A stretch of 63,606 bases of DNA, filler included, from Phoronis australis (lineage: Eukaryota; Animalia; Phoronida): assembly GCA_002633005.1 (NCBI GenBank). It is 6 parts of 6 records of this genome, joined end to end, with 100 filler letters (N's around TTAATTAATTAA, not from the genome) between each part and the next. Parts side by side here need not be neighbours in the genome. Positions count along the whole stretch, not along the records: positions 1 to 30,627 come from NMRA01000229.1; 5 more parts are not named here. One strand, 5' to 3'. The position numbers and the translations under genes are program-made. Of this stretch, positions 12,556 through 25,600 are shown piece after piece. Each line of letters opens with the position of its first letter. Position 1 is the first letter of the stretch. The notes under the pieces are model-generated. The model made no database searches. It worked only from the letters and a program-made list of their open reading frames with translations, and had not been told where the DNA came from.

Positions 12556-13559
12556 TACACCTGACGGCAGGTGGAGGTGTTGAAATTATCCAATGACGTC
12601 ATTTGTTTCACACGCAGTCTGTTCAGCAGTTCACATCACGGGTTACTGGTGTTAGCTTATCGCAAGAATTCATCGTTTAACACTAATAAATCATCAAACT
12701 TCGACGTAAAACCCTTAAAAATGCACAGAGTTCTTATAAAAACGTGTTGTTTTATTTTGCTGTTAAGGATTTATTGGTATTTCGACATACCGTAGCCTAC
12801 AAAGTTCGGCAGGCCAATTTACCAAGGTCCGTAGCAGGAGCTTGGGGTCTGTTCCGGAGATAAATTCGAAGTATTCTTCCGTGAAATACAGATAGGAGAA
12901 CCTGTATTGTTACTTGTTTAGACTTTTGATTTTTTTAGTTCAAAACACACAAAACGCTTCTTATCCCGGGCAGTGGCTCGGAACCCGATCAGGCCCGTCG
13001 CGGCCGCACTTAGTGAAGACATCACGAACATAAACCAGCCAAAGTTGTAAAATAAACTCCCAGTCAAGAAAATACTACACTTGTGAGCCAAAGAAGTAAT
13101 GTGCACAAGATTAAGTTGGTAAATAAGCCACGAAACTGCAAATCTACTTACTCATCGGTGGCCGCGAATTCAGGTTCGCCTTTGGCCGTAGAACCGTCAA
13201 GGCAGAAATTGTACATTGACAATCATTATTTGAATATTGTATATGTAAGTAAAGATTCCCCTAACGCCTGGCTGTAGGATAGAAAATCGAGTTATTAGTT
13301 TCACAACAGTTTCAGTCAACAAACACTGAATTAACATGCGCTCACACGGCCACGTTTTCCCGTCAATTAGTTTTATTGCACCTAAAGCCGGTAACGCCGT
13401 GATTTATTCATTACTGGATTCTCAAATCATTTGCACTCACGAACGCTCTAAAGGCATTACAAATTGCATCTAATGAGACAGACTTTGCTTCAGTTTTATA
13501 TATTGGTTAGGGTGAGAATAATTCATTTTGAAACAGAACGCTCATTAATAAACGTCAAC

Positions 13560-13985
13560 ATGGCAACTCGCAATTCCGACTTGGAGGAGTACTCATCTGA
13601 CGAAGACTTCCCAGGTCGATCGCTAGGTTTCTCAGGATATTTAAACGAACTAGAATACACTGATCAAGAAATATTAGCGAGGCGCCGTGAACGTACACAG
13701 ACAATGCCGGAGCACATACTATTATTAGATAGTTCCGAATGAACCATCTCAATGACTTGTATTGGTGTCAGTGCGCTAACTGCCCCATAATGGAAACGAC
13801 GTACGCTTGCGTTTGTTGCCACGAAATTCAACATGTGAAAAGCCTTCTTGGAAAAGCAGAAAAGTGTCTCTATTATCACCCTGATTTTGCAGCGCACCTG
13901 AACAGCGGTGTGCTCACGACGTTTTTAGGGCTGGGAAAAAGAACTGGCGAAAACATCCTGCACCCTGAGGACAAACAGATGCCTG
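13560..13985 (+). pseudogene. P2X7 C-terminal (ballast)-like Cys-rich protein remnant, probably transposon-derived (KolX-like)
   Basis: GYLNELEYTDQE then, after a frameshift, WCQCANCPIM...CVCCHEI...CLYYHPDF; this is the spacing of the P2RX7 C-terminal Zn-binding domain family. Confidence 0.7.
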
Positions 13986-14244
13986 ACGAACGAGTACAGC
14001 ACACATCACGAATTTTTGTCCGACCGGTGGGAAATTGGTCGACGACTGGCTGTCGGCCAGTCGGCTAAAAATTAGCCACCCGCAGTGCCGACTCATAAGG
14101 CGACTCCCCAGCCGACCCTTCAGCCGACCGGCCTTCAGCCGAGCGGCTGGTCGGCTGCTATTTTTAGACTAGAGTAGCAGTTCCTTAATAGGTTGTCAAG
14201 CGGATACCACTTTGCGTGTTGATGCATATTCGTCTTTGCACACA

Positions 14245-14715
14245 GTCAAATAAATTAACCTAGTTTTACTGTCTCGGTTACATGAGTTCACGTCGGTTGT
14301 GTAACACCACTAATTCGAAGTTTGAACTGAGCGGTAATAGTAAACATTGGATTATGGACAATGCAACAAGTTTTGGATAAAAAATGTGAAAGTTTTCTTT
14401 ACATTTGATCTTTAATTTGACTCGTGACGTTAATAAGTTGCATTAGATTGGTTGCTTCCCGATCAATAAAACTATGTAGTCGTTTTGTAAACGCAGCTGC
14501 TTTTGACAGTCTTTGCCCACAATTGATTTTGTTTGTGTAACGCCAAATTGCATCTCTTTGCGTTTTTTAAGTTATTCACGTGTCTCCTGTCACGCACCCA
14601 TAATGTTGGGATGGTGAGTGAGTTGTTACACCGAAAAGAGCTCTCATTCCTGGGATTTTATTTTCATAGTATTGACCCTTGCAGTACAGACGCGAAATTC
14701 ACGGTCCAGTATGCC
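14245..14715. repeat. Interspersed repeat; inverted copy at about 22845-23310
   Basis: Reverse-complement similarity, e.g. GGATAAAAAATGTGAA / TTCACGTTTTTTATCC and CGGTCCAGTATGCCCT / AGGGCATACTGGACCG. Confidence 0.7.
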
Positions 14716-14942
14716 CTGAGCCCACGGACTTCGATAGCTCTACATGTAACTTCGAAATCATGCAGCACACATCACGAATTTTTGTCCGACCGGTGGGAAA
14801 TTGGTTGACGACCGGCCGTCGACCGGTCGTCTAGCCGACCAGCAGCCGACCAACAACGGTCGGATAGGAGCCGTCTGCTGAGTCGCCTCTGTGGTCGGCA
14901 CTTGGGTCGGCTAAGTGGTCGCCTAGCGTAGACGACCAATTC

Positions 14943-17900
14943 TATGGAACGCCTCTAGCGTCACCTTCTGACGGGTCTTTTCTGACACGTTACGAGTCAT
15001 CGAAGCACGTCAGAGTTGACTCGAAATGTACTTCCCAAATGTGTCAACTTACCGCCCCATTACTGTGGGACCAATAAGACGTTGTCATTNNNNNNNNNNN
15101 NNNNNNNNNNNNNNNNNNNNNNNNNNNNNNNNNNNNNNNNNNNNNNNNNNNNNNNNNNNNNNNNNNNNNNNNNNNNNNNNNNNNNNNNNNNNNNNNNNNN
15201 NNNNNNNNNNNNNNNNNNNNNNNNNNNNNNNNNNNNNNNNNNNNNNNNNNNNNNNNNNNNNNNNNNNNNNNNNNNNNNNNNNNNNNNNNNNNNNNNNNNN
15301 NNNNNNNNNNNNNNNNNNNNNNNNNNNNNNNNNNNNNNNNNNNNNNNNNNNNNNNNNNNNNNNNNNNNNNNNNNNNNNNNNNNNNNNNNNNNNNNNNNNN
15401 NNNNNNNNNNNNNNNNNNNNNNNNNNNNNNNNNNNNNNNNNNNNNNNNNNNNNNNNNNNNNNNNNNNNNNNNNNNNNNNNNNNNNNNNNNNNNNNNNNNN
15501 NNNNNNNNNNNNNNNNNNNNNNNNNNNNNNNNNNNNNNNNNNNNNNNNNNNNNNNNNNNNNNNNNNNNNNNNNNNNNNNNNNNNNNNNNNNNNNNNNNNN
15601 NNNNNNNNNNNNNNNNNNNNNNNNNNNNNNNNNNNNNNNNNNNNNNNNNNNNNNNNNNNNNNNNNNNNNNNNNNNNNNNNNNNNNNNNNNNNNNNNNNNN
15701 NNNNNNNNNNNNNNNNNNNNNNNNNNNNNNNNNNNNNNNNNNNNNNNNNNNNNNNNNNNNNNNNNNNNNNNNNNNNNNNNNNNNNNNNNNNNNNNNNNNN
15801 NNNNNNNNNNNNNNNNNNNNNNNNNNNNNNNNNNNNNNNNNNNNNNNNNNNNNNNNNNNNNNNNNNNNNNNNNNNNNNNNNGCACGCAAAATGAAGCAGC
15901 AACAGCGTGAACCGTGAGGAAATATAGAGTTCAGCAACTAGGACCGGCAGCGGAAGAGGGGGGCTCACATACCAGAGGAATCGTGTCCACCGATAGATTT
16001 TCTGAAGGGAACGTCCACATCCTGGCCCCCGTAACTTTCGGGCCCCTGTGCACATACAATCGCACTTTGCCCAATTCCCCAGGGCAACATGTTGGGCACC
16101 CCTTATGGTATCCTAGATCCGCCACTGAGTAGAGATGCTTTTAATAAAGGGACAATGTCTCTCTAATTGAGATGCCATACGGTGTCCAGAGGCATGACAT
16201 TTGAATTATAGGATTACCATAACAATACTTCTGTTTCTTTTCAAGATATTTTTGAAGGACTGTATAACACAATATATGAAATTGCCTAGCAATACAAGTG
16301 TTTGAGATTTGCCTAGGAATAGCAGTTTCACCTTCAACAGCGGTGGTCATATCAGGTGTCCCAAAAGCATTCACTTGATATAGGAGCTATGGGATGTCCC
16401 AATAATAATTGGCACAAAGTAATTTTATATTATTTCCATTGAGAACATGAATTATGTAAGAAAAGCTGTAAAAAATCTTTAATACCCTGACACATCCTTG
16501 GGGATGATTGATAATGAGGATGTTTTCTGTTTTTCATCGTAGGTTTGGCCTAGTAATTAAAAATACATCCAATCAAGATCATGTCAGAAATTTATTAACG
16601 CCCAGGCTTCTAATTGAAGCTTTATCATAGTCACAGGTCTTTGAACAGCAATTCAGCCATGACCACAAATATCAAGGCTTTAAAATCATATTTAAAGCCA
16701 GCCGAGAGCAGAATCCCACAAATAACAACGTCAAAAATACACAGGAAGGAATTGTCAGAACAAACTAACAATTTAATGAATCCTTCCCATCCAATGCAGA
16801 AACTCTAGTATAACAGATTACAAGTTACTAGGTTGTGAAAGACCATTTCAACTGGTAAATTAACATGAGCACCTCACCTATGAATATGAACTTGTAATAG
16901 AATTTACAAATCGCAGTGTTTTCTGATACGCTTGTAAGCTGTGAGTTTCTCTAATGTATAGTGAAGATACAAGTTCGTCAAGCCAAGATAGGTTGCTACT
17001 TGAGAGAGGACATGGAGAACATTCTGGAGCTATTCATTCTTGGGTATGTAGATCAGCATTTGTAGACATGTTTCTCGAACAGCTCAAGTACAGCAGTCAG
17101 ATTGCTGTACGGCAGTGCCAACACTTGCAGAACTAACAGCATGTATGATGACTTGCCCTTTTCTGTTCACAACCCATGGTGGTTCCATTGACCTTAAAAG
17201 GCTTTCAATGGTTGATTAATTTTGAGTAAAAACACATAGTGCAAGCACTAAAAGGACAGCTGATCATCTGGATCCAAAACACGTTTCTTCTCTAAAAAAT
17301 GAAACATCTCATGGTACACATTGGTGACACCACGCCACATATCTCGCCACAGTCTTTCTATCCTCTGATTGTGCACACTTTTTCTTCAATGTCACTCCCT
17401 CTGTCCAGACCACGGAACATTTCCATGAATGCACCATGGTCACATCTAACTCGCGAGGGTACACCTTACTTCGTTACCGCTTTTTGAAAGCAATCAAGGA
17501 CAGTTGTAGAACATTTGTTAACGGATGCTTTCCCATACACCAGGAACCGAGTGTCACTGTCTATTCCAGTATCTAAAACAAAAGATGTACTTATAGTGTA
17601 TATAAGACAGGAAAAATATAGCCATGTTTCTAAACAGTTAGTATTTAATATTAAAAATGTGATATGCACATTAGCAACAAACATTTGTGGCACCCCATGT
17701 AAGCACATTTGCAGTACTGCACTAAGGCACTCGGTCTCACAGGGGCTACTATCTTTTATCAGAAATTATAGTTGATACTTGATCATTCGTGACCCACTAA
17801 ATACCTTTAAAAGCAGTAGTCTAGTTGCCAAAAAGTTGACCCTGCAAAGTTGTTTACAGTAAAGTTTTCTTTTGGAAATTTATTATACATGGTTAGAAGA

Positions 17901-20234
17901 ATAAAAGTAACTTGGTTGCACTTTGTGCAACTTGAGCATTTTTTATAGTTCAAGATGGCGGCTTCCGCCACCTTGAATTTCGCCTAATTTCCACATTCTG
18001 CACATGATACCGTGTAGGATCATGCAATTCATGGTTTCCAATGTTCAATGGATGAGATTTACCAGAAACAATCTAAAGATTCTTTACTATACCACAAAAA
18101 TGATACAATTGCATTAATCACCACTAATTAAAAGCCCTGTCCATCAAATTGGTAGCAGCTTAAGCACTAGTCAGGAGACAGTGTCAATTCTTGAACAGTG
18201 GTAATGAAATTATTACATACTTCAGTCGACGTGATATGGTAGAGGACCTAACTCCCATTGATTCAGCTATCTCTTGTGTTGTGAAGTTTGCCTTTATCAT
18301 ACACTCTAAGTGAGATGAGGTTATGTCAAACTTTGACTGTACCCAAATATCGTTGCCCCTGCAATGTACATGTGTTTTCACATGTAATACACATGACTCA
18401 CTGAAATGTTAAACAAAAGAATAGAGAGCTTTCCTATATGGCCAGTTACAGGATACCAAATACACATATATTCGTAAACAATATCAGGCTGAAATGCACA
18501 AAGGTGAGTTTTGGTCATGTATAACGAGGGACATCTGCATGGGATCATTTTCAAATAGGTTTTTGGTATTAATTACTCAGTAACCAGTCATCCGTAAGTT
18601 CTCTGTTAACTCATGCAATAAATGTGGCAGCACTGAACACCTAGTCATGCACATAGGAATAACCTGAAATTGCTATTACCCACAGTAGAGGGATCTCAAG
18701 GTAAAGGTGACATGCTGGTACCTTTAATAAGCATCGGTCCAATTGTTAAAATTACAATTACAATTACAATTGTTAAAAAGAGGTAATCATATTACTAGTA
18801 CTCATTCAATAGATTTACAAGGCCAAAACTACAATACGCAAACAATGATGCTCACTTGATTCATATGCAGCTTGATCTGCCTCCTCCATTAACCTCCTAG
18901 CAGAATTCAATAGTTTTGCTGCATAAGCCTGATCAACACCACCACCAACAACAGCATTTTGTATACTTCTAGTTTAACTAGTCAACCTGTAAAATAACAA
19001 TAAGTTATTTATCAAACTGTTACTATTGTAGGGCCAGGCACATTGCAATACACTGAGAATATGTTTGTCTCAACATCAATTTCCGTGTAATAGATGGCTG
19101 GGCCAAATCCATTAATCATAGGGAACGACTCAAACATGAGAGTAAACTCGCCGCAAGGGGTTTTTGAAGAAATGTGGGCGTCCTGTTATAGGGACTTGTG
19201 CAAATTTTTAGTAAACACCTTTCACACAAGAATGCAAGATTGACAGATTACACAAAAATCTGGGGTACTAGTATGAAGGTTCACTAAGTAGAGAACCACC
19301 CATCCCTTCTGATGAAATTAACCCAAACAAAAGGCGGTTTTGGGGAAAATTTTTGTCAAAATGTGAGTTTTTCAAGGAGTTTCTTACAGATGGGCCCCTT
19401 TGCCGGTACTGCGATATAGAGTCCACTCTCTAAATGGGTGTCCATTACAATTTTCCAAATCAGAAGTACCTTCCCGACTTCCCGTAGTAGTCTTTAGACT
19501 ATAGTTAATTGTCAACACGGGGTACGACTCTATTCGTTTGCAGAACCTACACTTATAATACACAAATCGAGCACACCCGGCCAACAAAAAGGACAACCTA
19601 CTCCGCTTTCACTAAAGTGACGGTTTCTTGCAACACTTGGTCCATTGAAATATGTCTACAGCAACACTCCAGGTCACGTTTACAATCGACAACAAATTCA
19701 GACATCGTGACATCGATCCCAGTACACAACCTTGCACCCCGAAGTTCCATTATAAATGTCGCGCTTCTTCTGACCGCCATGTTGGCTTAACTCTTTTGCA
19801 CGTACTCGACACGCGCTTACGCTTTGCTGTTGCCGTGTTGGTCGTACTCATGTTTGGTGAAAGGAATTCCTGGAATGCACCATCACAAGAATTGTCGTCG
19901 CCGTACCCATCTTCGTTATAAGTACTTGCTGATCGTACAAATTCCTTGAAGCCATCCAATGCACATTTGGACACTTCCGTGTTCAGTAACTCATGTTTTT
20001 GTCTCTTGGAATACTAAGTCGATATATGATTGACAGCCTTTGTTCTTGTCAGTCACCTCAAAACATGACGATCTCATTGGTTTAGTCAACACACAATGAA
20101 ACCTTATCACTGATTGGTTCTTTTAAGAACATCCACACGAGTTCGACAACAGCATTGACGCGTCAGCGTGTCAAAAATGACTCGTCACGTGTCAGAAAAG
20201 ACCCGTCACACGGTGACGCTAGTGGCGTTCCATA
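14943..20234 (-). mobile_element. IS3EU-like DNA transposon (full termini, decayed transposase)
   Basis: About 57-bp TIRs TATGGAACGCC.CTAGCGTCACC...GACACGT.ACGAGTCA; TAT...ATA ends; perfect 6-bp TSD CAATTC (14937-14942, 20235-20240); internal integrase-core and HTH exons. Confidence 0.85.
17135..17572 (-). pseudogene. DDE integrase-core transposase exon of the IS3EU-like element
   Basis: GIDSDTRFLVY...TVLDCFQKAVTK*GVPSRVRCDHG...SVHNQRIERLWRD...LDPDD..CLHYVFL...WNHH, with in-frame stops; upstream HTH segment FDITSSHLECMIKANFTTQEIAESMGVRSSTISRRLK at about 18220-18335. Confidence 0.85.
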
Positions 20235-21162
20235 CAATTCGAATTAAGCGTGTCCTTGGTCGGCAATTACCATTTTATGACTTAGCGGGTGAACTTTGGC
20301 TAAACAAACATTTAACTGTTCGTTCACCAGTGGCAACTCCGGTCTCGACATCGGTTTATCAACTTTTGTTTAACATAAGCTTCATGTTGAATTACTGACG
20401 ACGTTGTAAAATCAAACGTTAACTGATATCGCGGACAATTTTCTGCCTCTTTGTATAAGACTTTTTATACAGTACATTATGCATAAAAACAAGCAAGAAA
20501 TTTGTAATTTTACAGTAAAATTGCACAAAAATCAGAATACAACGCTGGCTATTTTGCGACATCAAGTGTTTTCATGCCCCGCAATGTCAACAAGCAGCAC
20601 GCATTCGCGCTCATCTGTTATTGCTCTTGATCATCACGCTGTATAATGTGGTTTGCCACAGATAAATTATTGTTTATTTTTGTATGATTTCTTAATATGT
20701 TGGTACAGTAGAACAACAACAGTTTATTTTAAGAACAACATAAACAACGGTTTCGACATAGTGCAGAGATTACGATCATGGGCGCATTAAAATGGAAGAA
20801 TGTGATGGGTTATAGTGACGGGTGAGAAACAACATGACCGCCGGTCCTCTAAATCTGACTGACTCACCCAAAACAGGACCTCCGGGGATCAAATGGGACC
20901 GTCGCACCANATGTGGTTTGCCACAGATAAATTATTGTTTATTTTTGTATGATTTCTTAATATGTTGGTACAGTAGAACAACAACAGTTTATTTTAAGAA
21001 CAACATAAACAACGGTTTCAACATAGTGCAGAGATTACGATCATGGGCGCATTAAAATGGAAGAATGTGATGGGTTATAGTGTCATCCATGATCCATCAT
21101 CATTCTGAAGTTGTTGCCACTTTCGGAGTAAAATATTGTTTCGAAGCTAGAGCCTTCCTATC

Positions 21163-21940
21163 TAGCCAGCTAGCTTTATGAAGACTATAGTCAAAATACA
21201 GCAATGTGCCACTGTGTATTGAGCACCGACAGACCTCGAAATTGCACACAGCGCGAATAGTTACGCTCGTCACCTCGTCGTGAAGCTTGTATCAACATGA
21301 GCTAAACACTGGCGGGTTTGCATGCAAAATCTGGAACTCAATTGACATTCAGCTCGCCCGTTACGGGCGTTTAAGCGAAAAATATCCGACGTCATTTTCT
21401 TGCCTAATTCTCTGCATTGGTAACAAAGAATGTATGTCGTCGTTTTGAAAGTAGTCAGTACATTCGTGACTCGACATCTCCCATTAGATGATGACAACAT
21501 CGCAACAAAAGTTGTTCTAAAATTCGGTTTCCTGATATCAAATTCCAAAAACATATATGGAAGTGAAACCAATTCTAATCATTTGTTGTGACGTTAACGC
21601 AACCTCGAGGGAGAACGTTTGATTGAAAAATCTGGGAAAAAGAAACTGGCTAATAGGTGACGCAATATTTCATTGCGCCGAAAGTCGACGCAAAAGATCA
21701 CACCGCAATTTTAGTAGCAGAATAATTGCAGATAAGCAATTTTTGTAACGCCGGGAAATCATTTAGATTACTCAAGGAAGATTTTATTCTGTCAGTTTTT
21801 ACCCACTGAATGGCGCAAAGTTGTATATTTAATTTAGTAAACAGCTTTGCACCAAGGCCGAGCCCTTCGGAGTAAGAACAGTCACAATACTTAGCGTGTG
21901 CTATTCACAGTTATAACATACAATTCAACCGATATTACAA
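21163..21940. repeat. Non-autonomous repeat family copy 1 (others: 24880-25600 inverted, 35610-36252 direct)
   Basis: Shared motifs TATGAAGACT, CCCGTTACGG.CGTTTAAGCGAAAA, GAAGTGAAACCAATTCT, GGTGACGCAATATTTCAT, TTACTCAAGGAAG. Confidence 0.75.
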
Positions 21941-23909
21941 TAAACGTATGCTTAAAAACGTGCTCCGAGTCTGTGACCCCGCTGTAATCAGCATGCCGCA
22001 AACTTTATCTAAATTTTTAAGACGTGCTTTGTACTTGGCTTCGGTTTCTTAATATAGGGTCCTGACAAACACACGACTCTGAAAGTTTTGAAAACCCAAC
22101 ACTTTTTTACGCAGATACGTTTTCTGCCCATGCGTACATTTGGTGTACGGCGACGTGGGCAGCGACGCTCTGAATGTATAAATCAAGCATGTTATTTTTT
22201 GAAAATGCCCTCAAAAGTGGACTTTATTAAAATACCGTGTTGGCCGTATTCGTTAGTGTAGAAAAGCGAAATTAACAGATTTGTACACACTGCTCAAAGC
22301 ATTTTTGTGGACATACGGAAACGCCAACTTCTCCGTTACAACGCTGTACATGTATGTGCTTGGCATTTCTGATGAAGCGCTCTCATTCTGGATTTTTTTA
22401 AGATTGAGCGCTATTTCAAAAAAAAGTGATGTAGGTCTTCTTACAGCTGAGCACAGACGAATTATTTTGTACCTTGGTTTATTTTCTATCATTTTTTACG
22501 ACATCGCAATCGCTTTACCAAAGATTCACGCACATATGCCGAGTAAAGACAAGTACCTCTTCACCACGTATTCACATCTTCCCCGTAAATTGTTTTATTT
22601 TACATAATTTTTCAATATGTTGTTGACAGAAAATATTTATTTTTGGAACAACGCGAACGAAGAACTGATACATGTAACTAGCGCAGATTTTAACGTCACC
22701 GATGCACTAAAACGGAATGCGCAAAGATAGAATTGGTTGTAGCCTCAACAGTGGTTATTCCGTGTTTGATGTCAGTGTCTAAGTTCGTGGAAATCGTAAC
22801 CATGTTATTTTGATGTTAGAGCCGTCAAAGTCCGTGCGTTTAGGGCATACTGGACCGTGAAGTTCGCGTCTGTACTGCAACGGTTAATCATACATGTATG
22901 AAAATAAAAACCCCGGAGTGAGAGCTCTTCTGTGTAACAAGTCACTCACTATCCCATCATCATGGGCACGTGATAAGAAACCGGTGGAGAATTTTAAAAA
23001 CGCAAAAAGATGCAGTTCGGCGTAACAAAAACAACAAACAATTGTGGGCGAAGACTGTCAAAAATAGCTGCGTTTATAAAATGACTACAGCGTTGTACTG
23101 ACCGGGAAGCAGCCAATCTAATGCAGCTTGTTAGCGTCGCGAGTCAAATTAAAGATCAAATGTAACGAAAATGTTCACGTTTTTTATCCAAAACTTGTTG
23201 CACTGTCCATAACTCAATGATAAAACCGTTTGCCCTCAACCTTCGAATTAGTGGTGTTTCACAACTGCGGTAAACTCATGTAACGGAGAAGGTAAAACTA
23301 AGTTAATATGTTTCCACTTTGGCCTTCCATAAATGTGGGAGAGCAGATTGTGTACCATTGTACTACATGTATGTAACTTCGATATAAATCTAGGTGTTTG
23401 TGATTTAGTAATACTATGAAAAATGAGTAGTTATGACTATGAAAAATGAGTAGTTGTGGCTTCTTTTGAAATATTGTATCCTTTGTATATGCCAGGTGTA
23501 GATGGCTCAGTGTGATATTATGTCAGCCTTATTATCCTCTATGGCTTAACAACTATGTATCATCATTCATGCCTGTAATAGAGGTACTTCCAGGATCATC
23601 AAGCATGTGTATGTTTTTATTCTAATGAGGTGTGCTTCGAATGTACAATTAGTAATCATACTTTTGCAGTGGTTCATAACAAACGGATTCATTAAGCTCA
23701 GTAAATATTTTTGCAACTGCCGATCTGCATATTACGCATCCATATTGCATCATAACTCATCAGAGTAAAGCTTGTTATCAATCATAGTAGAAACAATTGT
23801 TTTTATCATTTCAACAAGACGTTAACAAACGCAGTCAGTGTCTGTAACTGTTGTGTCTACATTGCTGATGAAAAAACGTCAGCCTAAATTCATTTTTATA
23901 ACACTGATT

Positions 23910-24613
23910 TACAGTACAGCCACTGAATTATTAGACTCTCTCGGTGTCTCTCCGGTCTAGCCACCCGTGACCGTAACCGGAGACAGACCGGAGAGTAAGG
24001 CGTGAATCAACCGTGACAGCTGGCGTGAGCCTAAGCGTGACTGTACCCGGAGCTTACCGCGAGTTAGGCTTGAACGAATCGCGAGCCAGCCGTGAGCCAG
24101 GCGTGAGTTTACCTGCATCGCAGATGAAAAAGTAATTTATTAAAATTATATCAGTAACTAGCAGAGATGTGTGTATTCTCATAGACTTTTGCTCATGTAA
24201 GGTTTATTTTTTTGAAATCGTTTCGTTCAGTAAAAGACCAAAATTTCCGTCTCAAATCTTAAGTTACTTCAGGAAACAGACCTGTGGACTTTACTTTTCA
24301 CTTATATATAATTATTTGTTTTTATATAAAATAATAAAGAATTTTAACACGAGTGAACATGGCGGAAATATTCAATTGCCTTCACGATATGAAGGAGCAT
24401 AGCATGTCAATTCTGAGCACATTGATCCCAAGTTCCGGCATCATGCGTGAGGAAGGCGTTAACTAAGCCGGAGGTAAGCGTGAGGACTACCCGGAGAGTA
24501 CGAGTGAGGCGACCGTGACTGATTTCTGTCACGCCTGCGTTCCGGTTGCGCTCCGGTCTGGCCAGGCGTGAGGTAGCCCGGACGAAGTCTAAAAATTCAG
24601 TGGCTGTATTGTA
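23910..24613. mobile_element. MITE with about 28-bp TIRs and CGTGA-rich subterminal repeats
   Basis: TACAGTACAGCCACTGAATTATTAGACT ... AGTCTAAAAATTCAGTGGCTGTATTGTA; no coding capacity. Confidence 0.75.
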
Positions 24614-24879
24614 TGCCAAAGGCTTTAAATTGCGCCCCCTTAAGAGTTTTGGCTTGCCCTGATGATCACTAGAATCGATGCAATAAACTTGTAAAAGTTG
24701 TCTTTTAACCTGTGTAATAGAACTGAAAATTGTGTGCGTTTTTGTTTGCGAGAGTGTTCTTTTTGAATCACTGGGTTAATCATTTTTACGCTTTACATGA
24801 AAACACAGACTACTTTCTTTAGGATTACATGTACAGTACCAAGTTACCCCAAAATATTATTTTCAAAGCTTTACCCCGT

Positions 24880-25600
24880 GGAGCATACGCGAAACGCCAT
24901 GTATTGTGTTCTTACGCCACAGGGCTCGGGAGGCTCTAGCCTTTGTGCGAAGCTGTTTAGTAAATTAAAAATACAAATTTGCGCAGTTGTGGGTAAAAAC
25001 TGAACAAATAAAATCTTCCCAGAGTAATCTAAATTATTTACCAGCGTTGCAAAATTGGTTTTCTACAATTAGTCTGCTTCTAAACTTATGGTGTGATCTT
25101 TTGCGTCGACTTTCGACGCAATGAAATATTGCGTCACCTATCAGCCAGTTTCTTTTTCCCAAATTCTGCAATCAAACGATCTCCCTCGGGGTTGCACAAA
25201 CGTCACAACACAAAATCAGAATTGGTTTCACTTCATTCTATGTTTTTGGAATTTTGATCTCAGTAAACCGAATTTTAGAACAAATTTTGCTGATATGTTG
25301 TCCTCATCTAATGAGAACTGTCGAAAGCATTTTGGAGCTCTTTTCAAAACGACGACATACGTTTTTTCGTTACAAAAGGCAGAGAATTACGTAATAAGAT
25401 GACGTCGCATGTTTTTCGCTTAAACGGCCGTAACGGGCAAGCTGAATGTCAATTGACTTCCAGATTTTGCAGGACTTTAGCTCATGTTGATATAAGCTTC
25501 ACGAGGAGGTGAGGAACGTAACTATCCGGGCTGTGTGAAATTTCGAGGTCTTTTTGAGCTCAATACACATTGGCAAGTCACGGAAAATAGTCTTCATACA
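24880..25600. repeat. Inverted copy of repeat family at 21163-21940
   Basis: Reverse-complement match along about 700 bp. Confidence 0.75.

Noticed and set aside
15016-16055. Long ORFs of about 290 aa
   Set aside because: They are translations of an N gap.
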